A stretch of DNA of 54,582 nucleotides from Archangiaceae bacterium (GTDB lineage Bacteria; Myxococcota; Myxococcia; Myxococcales; Myxococcaceae), in NCBI GenBank assembly GCA_043750125.1, contig JAYVCD010000069.1:1-54582 (forward strand), given 5' to 3'. The notes under the pieces are model-generated. The model was not told where the DNA came from, ran no database searches, and worked only from the letters and a program-made list of their open reading frames with translations. How positions within the stretch are numbered: position 1 is the first letter of the stretch; each line of letters starts with the position of its first letter. This document shows positions 27,280 through 36,412 of the stretch, in pieces. A program made the position numbers and the translations under genes.

Positions 27280-28760
27280 TGACCGAACCCCAGAGCCAGC
27301 TGCGAATCGGGCTTGGGCTCTGGGCTGCGCTGCTGGGGGTTGCCGGGTGCGCCACCGTGCCGAGGCCAGAGCCAGCCGAGTCCGGGTGGGTCGAAGTCCA
27401 CACCCGGCACTTGAACATTCGCGCCCAGCTCGACGAGGGCGCGGCAATCGAAGTCGCCCGCTCGATGGAAGCGGTGCGCTCGGGGCTGACTGCTTTCTTT
27501 CAGACCGATCTCGATGAGGATCGCCTTGACGCAGTCTTGTTTCGGGATCACGCCAGCCTCTCGGACTTCGCGCCCTTTGCGGTGCGTGGATTTCTGGTCG
27601 AGACCCACTCGGGCCCCTGGTTGGTCACGTCGCTGACCGCGTTTCGAGATTCGTCCTTTCAGATCGTGGAAGCCCACGAGCTCGCGCACCATCTGAGCGC
27701 CTACGTGATGCTGCGGCAGCCCCGCTGGCTCAGTGAAGGGCTGGCGTCCTGGCTCGAGACTCTCGAGCTCGACCGCGCCCACCACCGGGTCGTCTTCGGG
27801 AAACCACCTTCGTGGATCCGCCCCGAGGACCTGGCGACCCGGCCGGTCACCACCGCCGCGCTGTGGCAGTGGCAGGGGCCGGAAATTCCGCCCCAGGAAG
27901 CGTACGGACATGTCGCCCAGTCCTGGTGGCTCGTTCACCACCTGCTCGAAAAACGCCCCGCCCAGTTCGCCGACTTTCGCCGCCTGCTCAAGACGGGCGC
28001 AGACCCCCGCGCCGCCTGGAACCAGGCCTTCATCGGGTTGACCGATGCCGCGCTCGATGCCGAGCTTCTGTCGTCGCTGCCCCATCTGACCGATCAGAGA
28101 TCGGCGCTGCCGTTGAAGCTCGAGCCCGTCGAACCGACCGTCTCACCGCTGCCGGCGGCGGAAGTCCACGCGATTCAAGCGGTGCTGCAAGCCCACAGCT
28201 CTGAGCCGCTGGAACGATCTCGCGCGATTCAGAAGATCGAACAGCAGCTGAACGCCGCCCTCGGGTTGGACCCCCAGAACGAACGGGCATTGCTGCTCAC
28301 CGCCTGGCTCGTCATCGACGACCGCCAGCGAATCGCCTTCTTGCGCCGGGTAGTCGGCCAGCTGCCCTACAGCGGAAAGGCGCTCGGAGCGCTCGCGCTC
28401 AACCTGGCTCTGAAGGGCGAAGATCCCCGCGCGATGCTTCAGCACGCCCACGCGCTCGAGCCCACCGACCCCAACATCCTTGACCGGCTGGCCTGGTACT
28501 CAGCGGTCTACGGCGAGCCCACCCGGGCCGTCGCGCTCGCCGAAGAAGCGGTTTCCCGGCGACCCTGGTCCCCCGACTTCGTTTCCACCCTCGCCCTCGC
28601 GTTGGGTGCTGCCGGCCGTTGCCCCGAAGCCGCCGAACGCCAAGCTCAGGCCCTCGACCTGCTCGGCCATTCCACCCTCGACCGTCGGGCGCTCGAGTCC
28701 CAACTCGCCCTCTACGCGCAGGGCTGCAGCCCCGAGCAGCCGATTCGACCCCGGCGGTGA
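27279..28760 (+). CDS. Lipoprotein with gluzincin-like (DUF1570/peptidase MA-like) domain and TPRs
   Basis: Lipobox GVAG-C; AHELAHH...WLSEGLA; C-terminal TPR-like helices. Confidence 0.75.
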   Translation: MTEPQSQLRIGLGLWAALLGVAGCATVPRPEPAESGWVEVHTRHLNIRAQLDEGAAIEVARSMEAVRSGLTAFFQTDLDEDRLDAVLFRDHASLSDFAPFAVRGFLVETHSGPWLVTSLTAFRDSSFQIVEAHELAHHLSAYVMLRQPRWLSEGLASWLETLELDRAHHRVVFGKPPSWIRPEDLATRPVTTAALWQWQGPEIPPQEAYGHVAQSWWLVHHLLEKRPAQFADFRRLLKTGADPRAAWNQAFIGLTDAALDAELLSSLPHLTDQRSALPLKLEPVEPTVSPLPAAEVHAIQAVLQAHSSEPLERSRAIQKIEQQLNAALGLDPQNERALLLTAWLVIDDRQRIAFLRRVVGQLPYSGKALGALALNLALKGEDPRAMLQHAHALEPTDPNILDRLAWYSAVYGEPTRAVALAEEAVSRRPWSPDFVSTLALALGAAGRCPEAAERQAQALDLLGHSTLDRRALESQLALYAQGCSPEQPIRPRR

Positions 28761-28768
28761 GCGGGGCG

Positions 28769-28797
28769 TTGACCCTAAAATCAACCAAGCGTATGAC
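28769..28797 (+). promoter_or_regulatory. Sigma70-type promoter of fadIJ with embedded TetR/PsrA-like operator
   Basis: TTGACC-N17-TATGAC; TCAACCAAGCGTATGA at 28781-28796; SD AAGGAG before ATG 28832. Confidence 0.6.
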
Positions 28798-28831
28798 GCA
28801 CCGCGTCTGATCTTCAAAAGGAGTGCGGAAC

Positions 28832-30121
28832 ATGGCGAGAATCGGCCGGAGGGTAGCAATCGTCAGGGGGCTGCGAACTCCCTTCGTGAAGGCAGGCACC
28901 GTCTTCGGAGAGCTGACCGCCCTCGACCTGGGCCGGCTGGTCGTCCAGGAGCTCGTTCAGCGCTGCGAAATCGACCCTCACGAAATCGACCAGGTGGTCT
29001 TCGGCCAGGTGATCCCCACCCTGACCGCGACCAGCATCGCGCGCGAGGTGGTCCTCGCCTCGGGGCTGCCGTGGAAGATCGAAGCCCACACCTCGTCTCG
29101 CGCGTGCGCCACCAGCCTTCAAGCGCTGGTCGACGCGGCGAACTCGATCGCCGTCGGCACCTCGGAAGTCGCGATCGTCGGCGGAACCGAGTCGATGTCC
29201 GACCCGCCGATCTTCACCAGTCGCCCGCTGGCCCAGGCGCTGGTCCACGCCTCACGCGCGCGCAGCTTTCCGGAAAAACTGAAGCCTTTTCAGAAGCTCA
29301 AGCCCAGAGACCTGCTCCCGGTGCCTCCCGCGATCGCCGAGTACTCGACGGGAATGACGATGGGCGAGTCGGCCGAGAAGATGGCGAAGGAAAATGGGAT
29401 CTCGCGCCTCGAGCAGGACGAGCTGTCGTACCTGTCGCACGTCAACGCTGCCGCCGCGTGGAAGGCCGGCCGCTTCGAGGAAGAGGTGATGCACGTGCCG
29501 GTGGCTCCCGCGTTCAAGGAAATCGCCAGCAAGGACAACCTCGTTCGCGAAGACACTTCGATGGACGCGCTGGGGCAGCTGCGCCCGGTGTTCGATCGAA
29601 AGTACGGCTCGGTCACCGCGGGAAACAGCTCTCCGTTGACCGATGGAGCGGCCGCAATGTTGGTGATGAGCGAAGAGCGGGCGAAGAGCCTGAAGCTCGA
29701 AGTGCTCGGCTACCTGCGTTCCTACGCGTTCGCCGCCACCGACCCCGCAGATCAGCTGCTGCAGGGCCCTGCGTACGCCGCGCCGATTGCGCTCGACCGC
29801 GCCGGAATGAAGCTCGGGGACCTGGACCTGATCGAGATGCACGAGGCCTTCGCCGCCCAGGTCGCCAGCAACATCCAGGCGTTCGCCTCGAAGGACTTCG
29901 CCTCGAAGCTCGGCCGTTCGGCGGCGCTGGGCGAAGTCGATCGCAGCCGACTGAACGTCAACGGCGGCAGCATCGCGCTCGGCCACCCGTTCGCCGCTAC
30001 CGGCGCGCGGATCATCACCCAGGCGCTCAACGAGCTGCGGCGCCGCAACAAATCCACCGCGCTTTGCACCATCTGCGCGGCCGGCGGCCTTGGCGCTGCC
30101 GTCGTCCTCGAGAGGGCCTGA
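28832..30121 (+). CDS. fadI: 3-ketoacyl-CoA thiolase FadI
   Basis: RTPF, SRACATS, AGNSSPLTDGA, MHEAFA, GHPFAATG, CAAGGLG. Confidence 0.93.
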   Translation: MARIGRRVAIVRGLRTPFVKAGTVFGELTALDLGRLVVQELVQRCEIDPHEIDQVVFGQVIPTLTATSIAREVVLASGLPWKIEAHTSSRACATSLQALVDAANSIAVGTSEVAIVGGTESMSDPPIFTSRPLAQALVHASRARSFPEKLKPFQKLKPRDLLPVPPAIAEYSTGMTMGESAEKMAKENGISRLEQDELSYLSHVNAAAAWKAGRFEEEVMHVPVAPAFKEIASKDNLVREDTSMDALGQLRPVFDRKYGSVTAGNSSPLTDGAAAMLVMSEERAKSLKLEVLGYLRSYAFAATDPADQLLQGPAYAAPIALDRAGMKLGDLDLIEMHEAFAAQVASNIQAFASKDFASKLGRSAALGEVDRSRLNVNGGSIALGHPFAATGARIITQALNELRRRNKSTALCTICAAGGLGAAVVLERA

Positions 30122-30123
30122 CC

Positions 30124-32331
30124 ATGTTCCGAACCAAAGACTTCAGCCTCGAGACCAGAGAAGGCGTGGCGATCATCACCATCGACGCTGAGAACGAGTC
30201 GGTGAACACGCTCTCGCCCGAAGTGGGAGAACAGTTCGAGCAGCTGCTGACCCGGGTGGCAGGCGACGCCAACGCGAAGGCGGTCGTCTTCATCTCTGGA
30301 AAGAAAGACGGCTTCATCGCCGGAGCGAAGATCGAATTTCTCCAATCGCTCACGACCCAGGCCGACGCGACCCAGGCCAGCCGCCGGGGCCAGGCCGGGT
30401 TCGATCGCCTCGACGCGTTCGAAAAGCCGGTGGTCGCCGCGATTCACGGTGCGGCCCTGGGTGGCGGGCTCGAGTGGGCGCTGGCGTGCGATTACCGAAT
30501 CGTCACCGACAGTCCCCGCACCGTGCTCGGGTTTCCCGAAGTGCAGCTGGGCCTGTTGCCCGGAGCCGGCGGCACGCAGCGCGCTCCGAAGTTGATCGGC
30601 GCCCAGGCCGCGCTCGATTTGATTCTCTCCGGCCGCAATGTGAAGCCCCGCCGAGCGGTGAAGATGGGGCTCGCCGACGAAGTGGTGCCGGTTCCGATTC
30701 TTCTTCAGATCGCCTGCAAGCGGGCGCTCGAGCTGGCCGCGGGAACCTTGAACCCCGATCGCACCCGGGGCCTGGGTCTGCGTTCCCTCGGGAAGGGCAA
30801 GAGCCTGGCCGAGATCGTCCGGGGGCTGGCCGACAAAGAGGCCTGGGCCGAGTTCGCGCTCGAGGACAACCCGCTGGGGCGCAAGCTGCTGTTCGACCAG
30901 GCGAAGAAACAGCTGCTGAAGAAGACGCGCGGAAAATACCCGGCTCCCGAGAAGGCGCTCGAGGTGGTCCGCGCCGGAATGGAACACGGACTCAAGGCCG
31001 GCCTCGACGCCGAAGCGGTCGGCTTTGGCGAGCTGGTCGTCAGCGACGTGAGCCATCGGTTGGTCGAAATCTTCCTCGCCACCGTGGCGATGAAGAAAGA
31101 CAACGGGACCCGGGATCCGAAGGTCAAGCCGCGCGAGGTGAAGAAGGTCGGCATTCTGGGTGGGGGGCTGATGGGAGCGGGCATCGCCTACGTCGCCACC
31201 GCCTTTCAGAACGTGTCGGTGCGAATCAAGGACAAGGACGACGAGGGGATCTCTCGCGCGCTGGCTCACGTGCAGGGCCTCTACGACGAGCGGGTGAAGA
31301 AGAAGTCTCTGCCGTGGCGCGAGGCGGCGAACAAGATGGCGATGGTCACCGCCACCACCGACTACTCGGGCTTCAAGCAGGTCGAGGTGGTGATCGAAGC
31401 GGTGTTCGAAGATCTGAAGCTCAAGCAGCAGTGCGTGCGCGAGGTAGAGAAGGCCGGGCGCCCCGACGTCATCTTCGCTTCCAACACTTCGAGCCTTCCG
31501 ATTACCAGGATCGCCGAAGCCAGCGAGCACCCCGAGACGGTGATCGGGATGCACTACTTCAGCCCGGTGAACAAGATGCCGCTGCTGGAGATCATCACCC
31601 ACGCCAAGACCGCCGACGACGTGACGGCCACCTGTGTGGAGCTTGGCCGCAAGCAGGGCAAGACGGTGATCGTCGTCAACGACGGAGTGGGCTTCTACAC
31701 CTCACGAATCCTGGCTCCCTACCTGAACGAAGCGGCGTGGCTGCTGGCGGAAGGCGCCGACATCTCGGAGCTCGACAAGGCGCTGATCGACTTTGGCTTT
31801 CCGGTGGGTCCGATCACCCTGCTCGACGAGGTCGGCATCGACGTGGCCTCGAAGGTGGGGAAGATCCTCTACGAGGCTTTTGGCGAACGGCTGGTCGCGC
31901 CTTCCACCACCGACAAGCTCGTCGCCGATGGGCGCCTGGGCCGCAAAGCGAAGAAGGGCTTCTACACCTACAACGGGAAGAAGAAGGCGGTCGACCCGAC
32001 GGTGTACGCGCTGCTGCCCCACGGAAAAGATCGCAAGCGCCTCGATCGCCAGGAAATGGCCGAACGGTGCGTGCTGCAATTCATCAACGAAGCGGTCCGG
32101 TGCCTGGGCGAGGGCGTCCTGCGCAGCCCGCGCGACGGCGACATCGGAGCCATCTTCGGCCTCGGCTTCCCGCCGTTCCTCGGGGGCCCGTTTCGGTACG
32201 CGGACCAGCAAGGAATCGGGCGGCTGCTCGAGCGCACCGAGCACTACCAGGAAAAGCTCGGCAATCGCTTCGAGCCGGCTCCGCTGCTGGCGGAGTACGT
32301 CAAGGCGAAGAAGAAGTTCTACGGGGCCTGA
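30124..32331 (+). CDS. fadJ: Fatty acid oxidation complex alpha subunit FadJ
   Basis: Crotonase motifs GGGLE...PEVQLGLLPGAGGTQR; dehydrogenase motifs GGGLMG, SNTSS, MHYFSP; GLGFPPFLGGPF. Confidence 0.94.
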   Translation: MFRTKDFSLETREGVAIITIDAENESVNTLSPEVGEQFEQLLTRVAGDANAKAVVFISGKKDGFIAGAKIEFLQSLTTQADATQASRRGQAGFDRLDAFEKPVVAAIHGAALGGGLEWALACDYRIVTDSPRTVLGFPEVQLGLLPGAGGTQRAPKLIGAQAALDLILSGRNVKPRRAVKMGLADEVVPVPILLQIACKRALELAAGTLNPDRTRGLGLRSLGKGKSLAEIVRGLADKEAWAEFALEDNPLGRKLLFDQAKKQLLKKTRGKYPAPEKALEVVRAGMEHGLKAGLDAEAVGFGELVVSDVSHRLVEIFLATVAMKKDNGTRDPKVKPREVKKVGILGGGLMGAGIAYVATAFQNVSVRIKDKDDEGISRALAHVQGLYDERVKKKSLPWREAANKMAMVTATTDYSGFKQVEVVIEAVFEDLKLKQQCVREVEKAGRPDVIFASNTSSLPITRIAEASEHPETVIGMHYFSPVNKMPLLEIITHAKTADDVTATCVELGRKQGKTVIVVNDGVGFYTSRILAPYLNEAAWLLAEGADISELDKALIDFGFPVGPITLLDEVGIDVASKVGKILYEAFGERLVAPSTTDKLVADGRLGRKAKKGFYTYNGKKKAVDPTVYALLPHGKDRKRLDRQEMAERCVLQFINEAVRCLGEGVLRSPRDGDIGAIFGLGFPPFLGGPFRYADQQGIGRLLERTEHYQEKLGNRFEPAPLLAEYVKAKKKFYGA

Positions 32332-32834
32332 GGGCTGATCGGAATCGAGGGGCCGAGGTTCAACTCGCCCCGTTTCAAGTCCGGGCCGACTGGCTTCACC
32401 ACCGGCTGCAGCGGCTCGGGACGGCCAAACCGGTAGGCGATTCGCGCGTGAATCCCGATGTCGATCGCCTCGCCATCGGCGGCGAGCTCGACATCACCCG
32501 CGGGGGTCTGCGCGTAGGCCAGAATCATCGGCTCTTCGACGGTGGACCCTTCGGCGTTGGGGGCGAGGGTGAAGTGCGAACGACCCTTGAGCAGCGTGGC
32601 CCCGGGCGGAAGCGCGATCGAAACCTCGAGCGGAAAGGGCAGGGGAGCCAACCGCGCAACCCGCGCGACCAGCTCGACCTGGGTCAGATCGCGGCGCACT
32701 TCCCGCCACGAGACCTGCACCGGGTTGCGCGCCTGGCTGGTGTGGTCCAACACCGGAGTGGGGGGCGCGGCCGGGGGAGGGCTGGACTTGCACCCCACCA
32801 GGAGCAGCATCGCAATGACGACGGGCCGGCTCAT
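32319..32834 (-). CDS. Small lipoprotein of unknown function
   Basis: MSRPVVIAMLLLVG-C lipobox, Pro linker, beta-rich body; ATGA overlap with the upstream protease gene. Confidence 0.75.
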   Translation of the reverse strand: MSRPVVIAMLLLVGCKSSPPPAAPPTPVLDHTSQARNPVQVSWREVRRDLTQVELVARVARLAPLPFPLEVSIALPPGATLLKGRSHFTLAPNAEGSTVEEPMILAYAQTPAGDVELAADGEAIDIGIHARIAYRFGRPEPLQPVVKPVGPDLKRGELNLGPSIPISPQAP

Positions 32835-34987
32835 AGACACGCTCCGTTGGTGCAGGTCTGACTGGAAGCGCAGACCGAACAAGCACTGCCCCCTTTTCCA
32901 CAGGACGCGGCGCTGGGAGTCGAGTTGCACACCCCATTGGTCTCGCGGCAGCCGTAGCAGCGGGACGCCGAGCAGATGGGGCTGGCCGCAGCGTACGGGT
33001 AATAGATCGTCGGCTGAGTCGCAGTGTTGAGCGCGGTGGCTGAGAACCCACCGCAGACCATCGCGTCCATCAGGTCGGCGAGGAACGGGGAAGAGTCGGG
33101 GGTGATGACGACGTTGATCAGGTCCCCGGTCGTCATGTCGATGTCCCAGGTGTGGCGCTTGTAGTTGCGGGCCCAGGGGGTCGCGTTCATGTGCTCCGAG
33201 CCCATCGACTGGTAGATGAAGGGCACGGCACTGGGCGACGAGCGAGAGAGGTTCCAAATCATTGCCGACACATCATTCTCATCGATGCGTTGATCCAGCA
33301 GCAGGCTCGCACTCGAGCGCGGAATCGCCGAAAGATTGAATGAGTACAGGCGCTGCGACAGGTCGATCCAGAAGGCGCCACTCTGAATGTCGAACCCGAC
33401 CGGATTGTTGCGCACCGCCGCTGCATGGTAGGTCGCCCACCCTTCGCTGTAGCCCTGACCGGGGAACGTCTTGACGCCCAGCGTGTGGCTTCCGCCTTCG
33501 CCCGGGCTGACGGCGTAGCTCGCCATTCGCCAGTGGCCCAGCTCGTGGGTGGTGACCCAATCGCTCCAGTAGGACTGGGCGACCGCGCCACCTCCGATGA
33601 ACAACTGGGAGTCGATGCCCTGGACCGGGTAGTCGACGAAACAGGCGCCGCAGGACCATGCGGTGTTCAGCCCGAACCAGATCGAGACCGAAAGGCCCTG
33701 CTTGCCGCCTTGCAGAACCAGCGCGTCTTTCCAGGTGAGCCGTTGCATGTCGAAGAGGTTGAGCGCTGCTGAGCCCTGGGCCTCGGTCAGCGCGAAGGTC
33801 GAGCCGGTGGTGAAGGTGCTGGCGGCCGTGGCCCAGGACCAGAAGCGGGGCGTCGCCCCGAACACAAGGGGCGCAAAAGTTCCCGCCCCGTTTCCCGGGT
33901 CGCGCACCGAGTAGCGCACCGTGGTTCCGTCTCCGCCGGCAGCGACAAAGACGATCCGGTCGGTCGCGGTGGGGTTGGCGGCGACCTTGATGCTGAACGC
34001 TCCGGTGGGCGAGGTCTCGGCCGAGTCGATCCACGTGTTGGTGCTGTCGATGGAAAGGACGAGCGCACCACTCGAGGGGGCGTTGAAGGCGGGTCCCCAT
34101 CCGGTCAGCTGGGAGTTGGGATTCTTCGTCGCGTACATCAGGGTACCGGTCACGGTGTTGGTCGCCCCCGCGGCCGGACAGTACGCGCCGATCGGGCTGG
34201 CGCGACAACCGGTCGAGCACGCCGTCAGAGCTCCCCAGATTTTGTTGCCCCCGCACGTCTGTACCGAGCTGCCGCTGCAGCGGGTCGCGCCCGGGTCGCA
34301 CTGGGAGCCGGCACACCACGATTCCGCAGCGTTTGAAGTGCACGTCGTTCCCATACCGCACTTGAACGTCTCTTGCCGTGGCGCGCTGCCGACCGAGGTG
34401 TAGCAGTACTGAACTCCACTGGCGGTGCACTGGCCGTTGAACGCAATGCCTGGGCACGACGAGGCAACGATCTCACCTCCTCCTCCTGCCCCGCCGGTTC
34501 CGCCGCCGACTCCCGCGCCACCGCCGAGTCCTGCTCCGCCGCCGACTCCTGCGCCGCCGCCGACTCCTGCGCCGCCGCCGACTCCCGCGCCACCGCCGAG
34601 TCCTGCGCCGCCGCCGACTCCCGCCCCGCCTCCGCCGCCCGCCCCGCCACCGCCGCCCGCCCCGCCGCCGACGCCGGTTCCGCCGCCGACGCCCGCGCCG
34701 CCGCCGACTCCTGCGCCGCCGTCGGAGCCACCGCCCATTCCGCCCCCGGTTCCCGCCACGCTGGTGCAGCGACCGGCGCCGCACACCTGGCTGACCGCGC
34801 AGGTGTCGCAAGCAAGTCCCATCGCGCCGCAGATGCCCACCGTGTCACCCGGCTGGCAGACGCCCAGGGCGTCACAACAACCGCCGCACACGTCCGGACC
34901 GCACGGCGCCACCGGAGGTGTGCCGCAGGAACAGCCGGCCAAAAAAATCCCTGCCGCAACAGCTGTGAACAGTGTCAGCCGAATCAT
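32831..34987 (-). CDS. Cys/Gly-rich lipoprotein with HExxH zinc metalloprotease domain
   Basis: Lipobox FLAG-CSC; Cys modules at both ends; Gly repeat; THELGHW...YSEGWA gluzincin motif; SD GGAGA. Confidence 0.8.
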   Translation of the reverse strand: MIRLTLFTAVAAGIFLAGCSCGTPPVAPCGPDVCGGCCDALGVCQPGDTVGICGAMGLACDTCAVSQVCGAGRCTSVAGTGGGMGGGSDGGAGVGGGAGVGGGTGVGGGAGGGGGAGGGGGAGVGGGAGLGGGAGVGGGAGVGGGAGVGGGAGLGGGAGVGGGTGGAGGGGEIVASSCPGIAFNGQCTASGVQYCYTSVGSAPRQETFKCGMGTTCTSNAAESWCAGSQCDPGATRCSGSSVQTCGGNKIWGALTACSTGCRASPIGAYCPAAGATNTVTGTLMYATKNPNSQLTGWGPAFNAPSSGALVLSIDSTNTWIDSAETSPTGAFSIKVAANPTATDRIVFVAAGGDGTTVRYSVRDPGNGAGTFAPLVFGATPRFWSWATAASTFTTGSTFALTEAQGSAALNLFDMQRLTWKDALVLQGGKQGLSVSIWFGLNTAWSCGACFVDYPVQGIDSQLFIGGGAVAQSYWSDWVTTHELGHWRMASYAVSPGEGGSHTLGVKTFPGQGYSEGWATYHAAAVRNNPVGFDIQSGAFWIDLSQRLYSFNLSAIPRSSASLLLDQRIDENDVSAMIWNLSRSSPSAVPFIYQSMGSEHMNATPWARNYKRHTWDIDMTTGDLINVVITPDSSPFLADLMDAMVCGGFSATALNTATQPTIYYPYAAASPICSASRCYGCRETNGVCNSTPSAASCGKGGSACSVCASSQTCTNGACL
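34491..34720 (-). repeat. About 13 imperfect 18-bp tandem repeats encoding GGGAG(V/L/G)
   Basis: Plus-strand unit close to ccgccgccgactcctgcg; protein reads GGAGVGGGAGVGGGTGV... Confidence 0.9.
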
Positions 34988-35076
34988 GGTGTTGGTTCTC
35001 CGGGAAGGCCGGCCGGCTTCGATTCCCTGTGATTGGTTGCAAGACCCCTCAACCCCATCATCTGTGCAGCAGCGAC

Positions 35077-36324
35077 TTAGTTGATCATGCCTTCACAAGT
35101 GAAGAGCAGCTCGACCTTTGCAAGCGTATCGGCCTTCACCTTCATGCAGGTCGCCGGGCAGAAGTAGACCCGTCCCGCGCTGACGTAGAAGTTCGTCGCT
35201 CCAAGGCAGGTCGTCGCGTTCGTCACCTGGGTGAAGCTCTGCTGCGCGCCCCCGACGCCGGGGGTGTAGAGGACGACGATCTTGTTCGAGAGCGAAAAGC
35301 CCGACGGAGGAGGAGGAATGGTGAAGTCACAGGCGACCTGCGCCCCGGCCACCACTCCATCGGCAACCTTCTGAAAGACGGTGTTGTATCGGGCAGGATC
35401 ACAAATCGGGAAGCGCAGGCCCCCGGTCAGAATTGCCAGGTCCTGATATTTCCCGCCGGTGTTCACCGCACCGCCCAGGCCCCCGTCGGGCAGCTCGCAC
35501 TTCACCGTCACCAGCGGGTCGGTCGGCAGATACGGGTCGGACGGGTTCGGCTTGCCAGCGACGCCGATGATCCCGTGCAGCAGGTAGTTGCGCTGGGCCG
35601 CGGTACCAAATTGTTTCGGAGTCAGAGCAAACAAGTTGGTCTCGAAGGCCGCGGCGGTCTGCACTTCGTTGTCGTCGGTGATGATCACGAAGACCTTGAA
35701 AGCGTCGTTCCGCAGCCAGGTCGACCAGCCGCCCGCCGCCTGTCCACTGGGGTCGGCGACGTTGTACGTGCTGGTGATCTTCCGCAGCTCGTCGGTGCTG
35801 GCGATCTCAGTGCTGTAGTGGAAAAACTTCGGACCATTGGTGGGGGTGGCCGGAGGCGGGGTGCAGGTGGCGTTGCCGCTCAAGGGCTGCGAGACGCAGA
35901 TGCTCTGGCCGTTGGCCGCGCTGCCGTGCTTCGACAGCAAGATCACCCGGTAGTCGAGTCCGCTCGCGGCGATGATCTGCGCGAAGTTGGTGCTGATGTT
36001 CTGTTCGACCCCGATGATCTCGGCGGTCATGCTGCCCGAGTTGTCGATCACGAAGATGATGTCGACCGGCCTCTTTCCCAGAGTGCCGCTGGCCTTCACC
36101 GCAACGCAGCTCGCATCAGGGCTGAAGCCACCTCCGGTCCCGCTGTTTCCTCCGCCGGTTCCATTTCCGCCGCCGGTGTTTCCGGTACCCCCGCCCGTAC
36201 CGCCGTTGCCCCCACCGCTGCCGGTTGGGCCGCGACCCCCGTCCGGCAAGGTTCCTCCGCCACAGCTGCAGCCAGCGAGCGCGATCGAGAGGGTCGCGAG
36301 GGTGATCAGAAAAAAAGTTCGCAT
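35077..36324 (-). CDS. vWA (MIDAS) domain surface lipoprotein
   Basis: Lipobox IALAG-CSC; Gly/Thr linker; DIIFVIDNSGSM; VIITDD; Cys-containing C-terminus. Alternative start at 36333. Confidence 0.8.
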   Translation of the reverse strand: MRTFFLITLATLSIALAGCSCGGGTLPDGGRGPTGSGGGNGGTGGGTGNTGGGNGTGGGNSGTGGGFSPDASCVAVKASGTLGKRPVDIIFVIDNSGSMTAEIIGVEQNISTNFAQIIAASGLDYRVILLSKHGSAANGQSICVSQPLSGNATCTPPPATPTNGPKFFHYSTEIASTDELRKITSTYNVADPSGQAAGGWSTWLRNDAFKVFVIITDDNEVQTAAAFETNLFALTPKQFGTAAQRNYLLHGIIGVAGKPNPSDPYLPTDPLVTVKCELPDGGLGGAVNTGGKYQDLAILTGGLRFPICDPARYNTVFQKVADGVVAGAQVACDFTIPPPPSGFSLSNKIVVLYTPGVGGAQQSFTQVTNATTCLGATNFYVSAGRVYFCPATCMKVKADTLAKVELLFTCEGMIN

Positions 36325-36412
36325 GAAATGCATCGTCGCCCATCTGCCGCGGCAATTGCACCGCACACAACGGCCCACCTCGGCACCAGAGAGCGCATAT
36401 AAGCGGGCTCGC

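Noticed and set aside
28480..30123. 548-aa N-terminal extension of FadJ in the 1283-aa ORF
   Set aside because: It overlaps fadI in another frame and is low-information Arg/Gly/Pro text; FadJ starts at ATG 30124.
34491..34720. Tandem repeats as a possible CRISPR array
   Set aside because: No unique spacers, an in-frame 18-bp coding period, and no cas genes.
34425..35084. Pro-rich ORF (PPPTPA repeats) on the + strand
   Set aside because: Antisense shadow of the GGGAGV repeat; the minus-strand gene has an SD, a lipobox and protease motifs.
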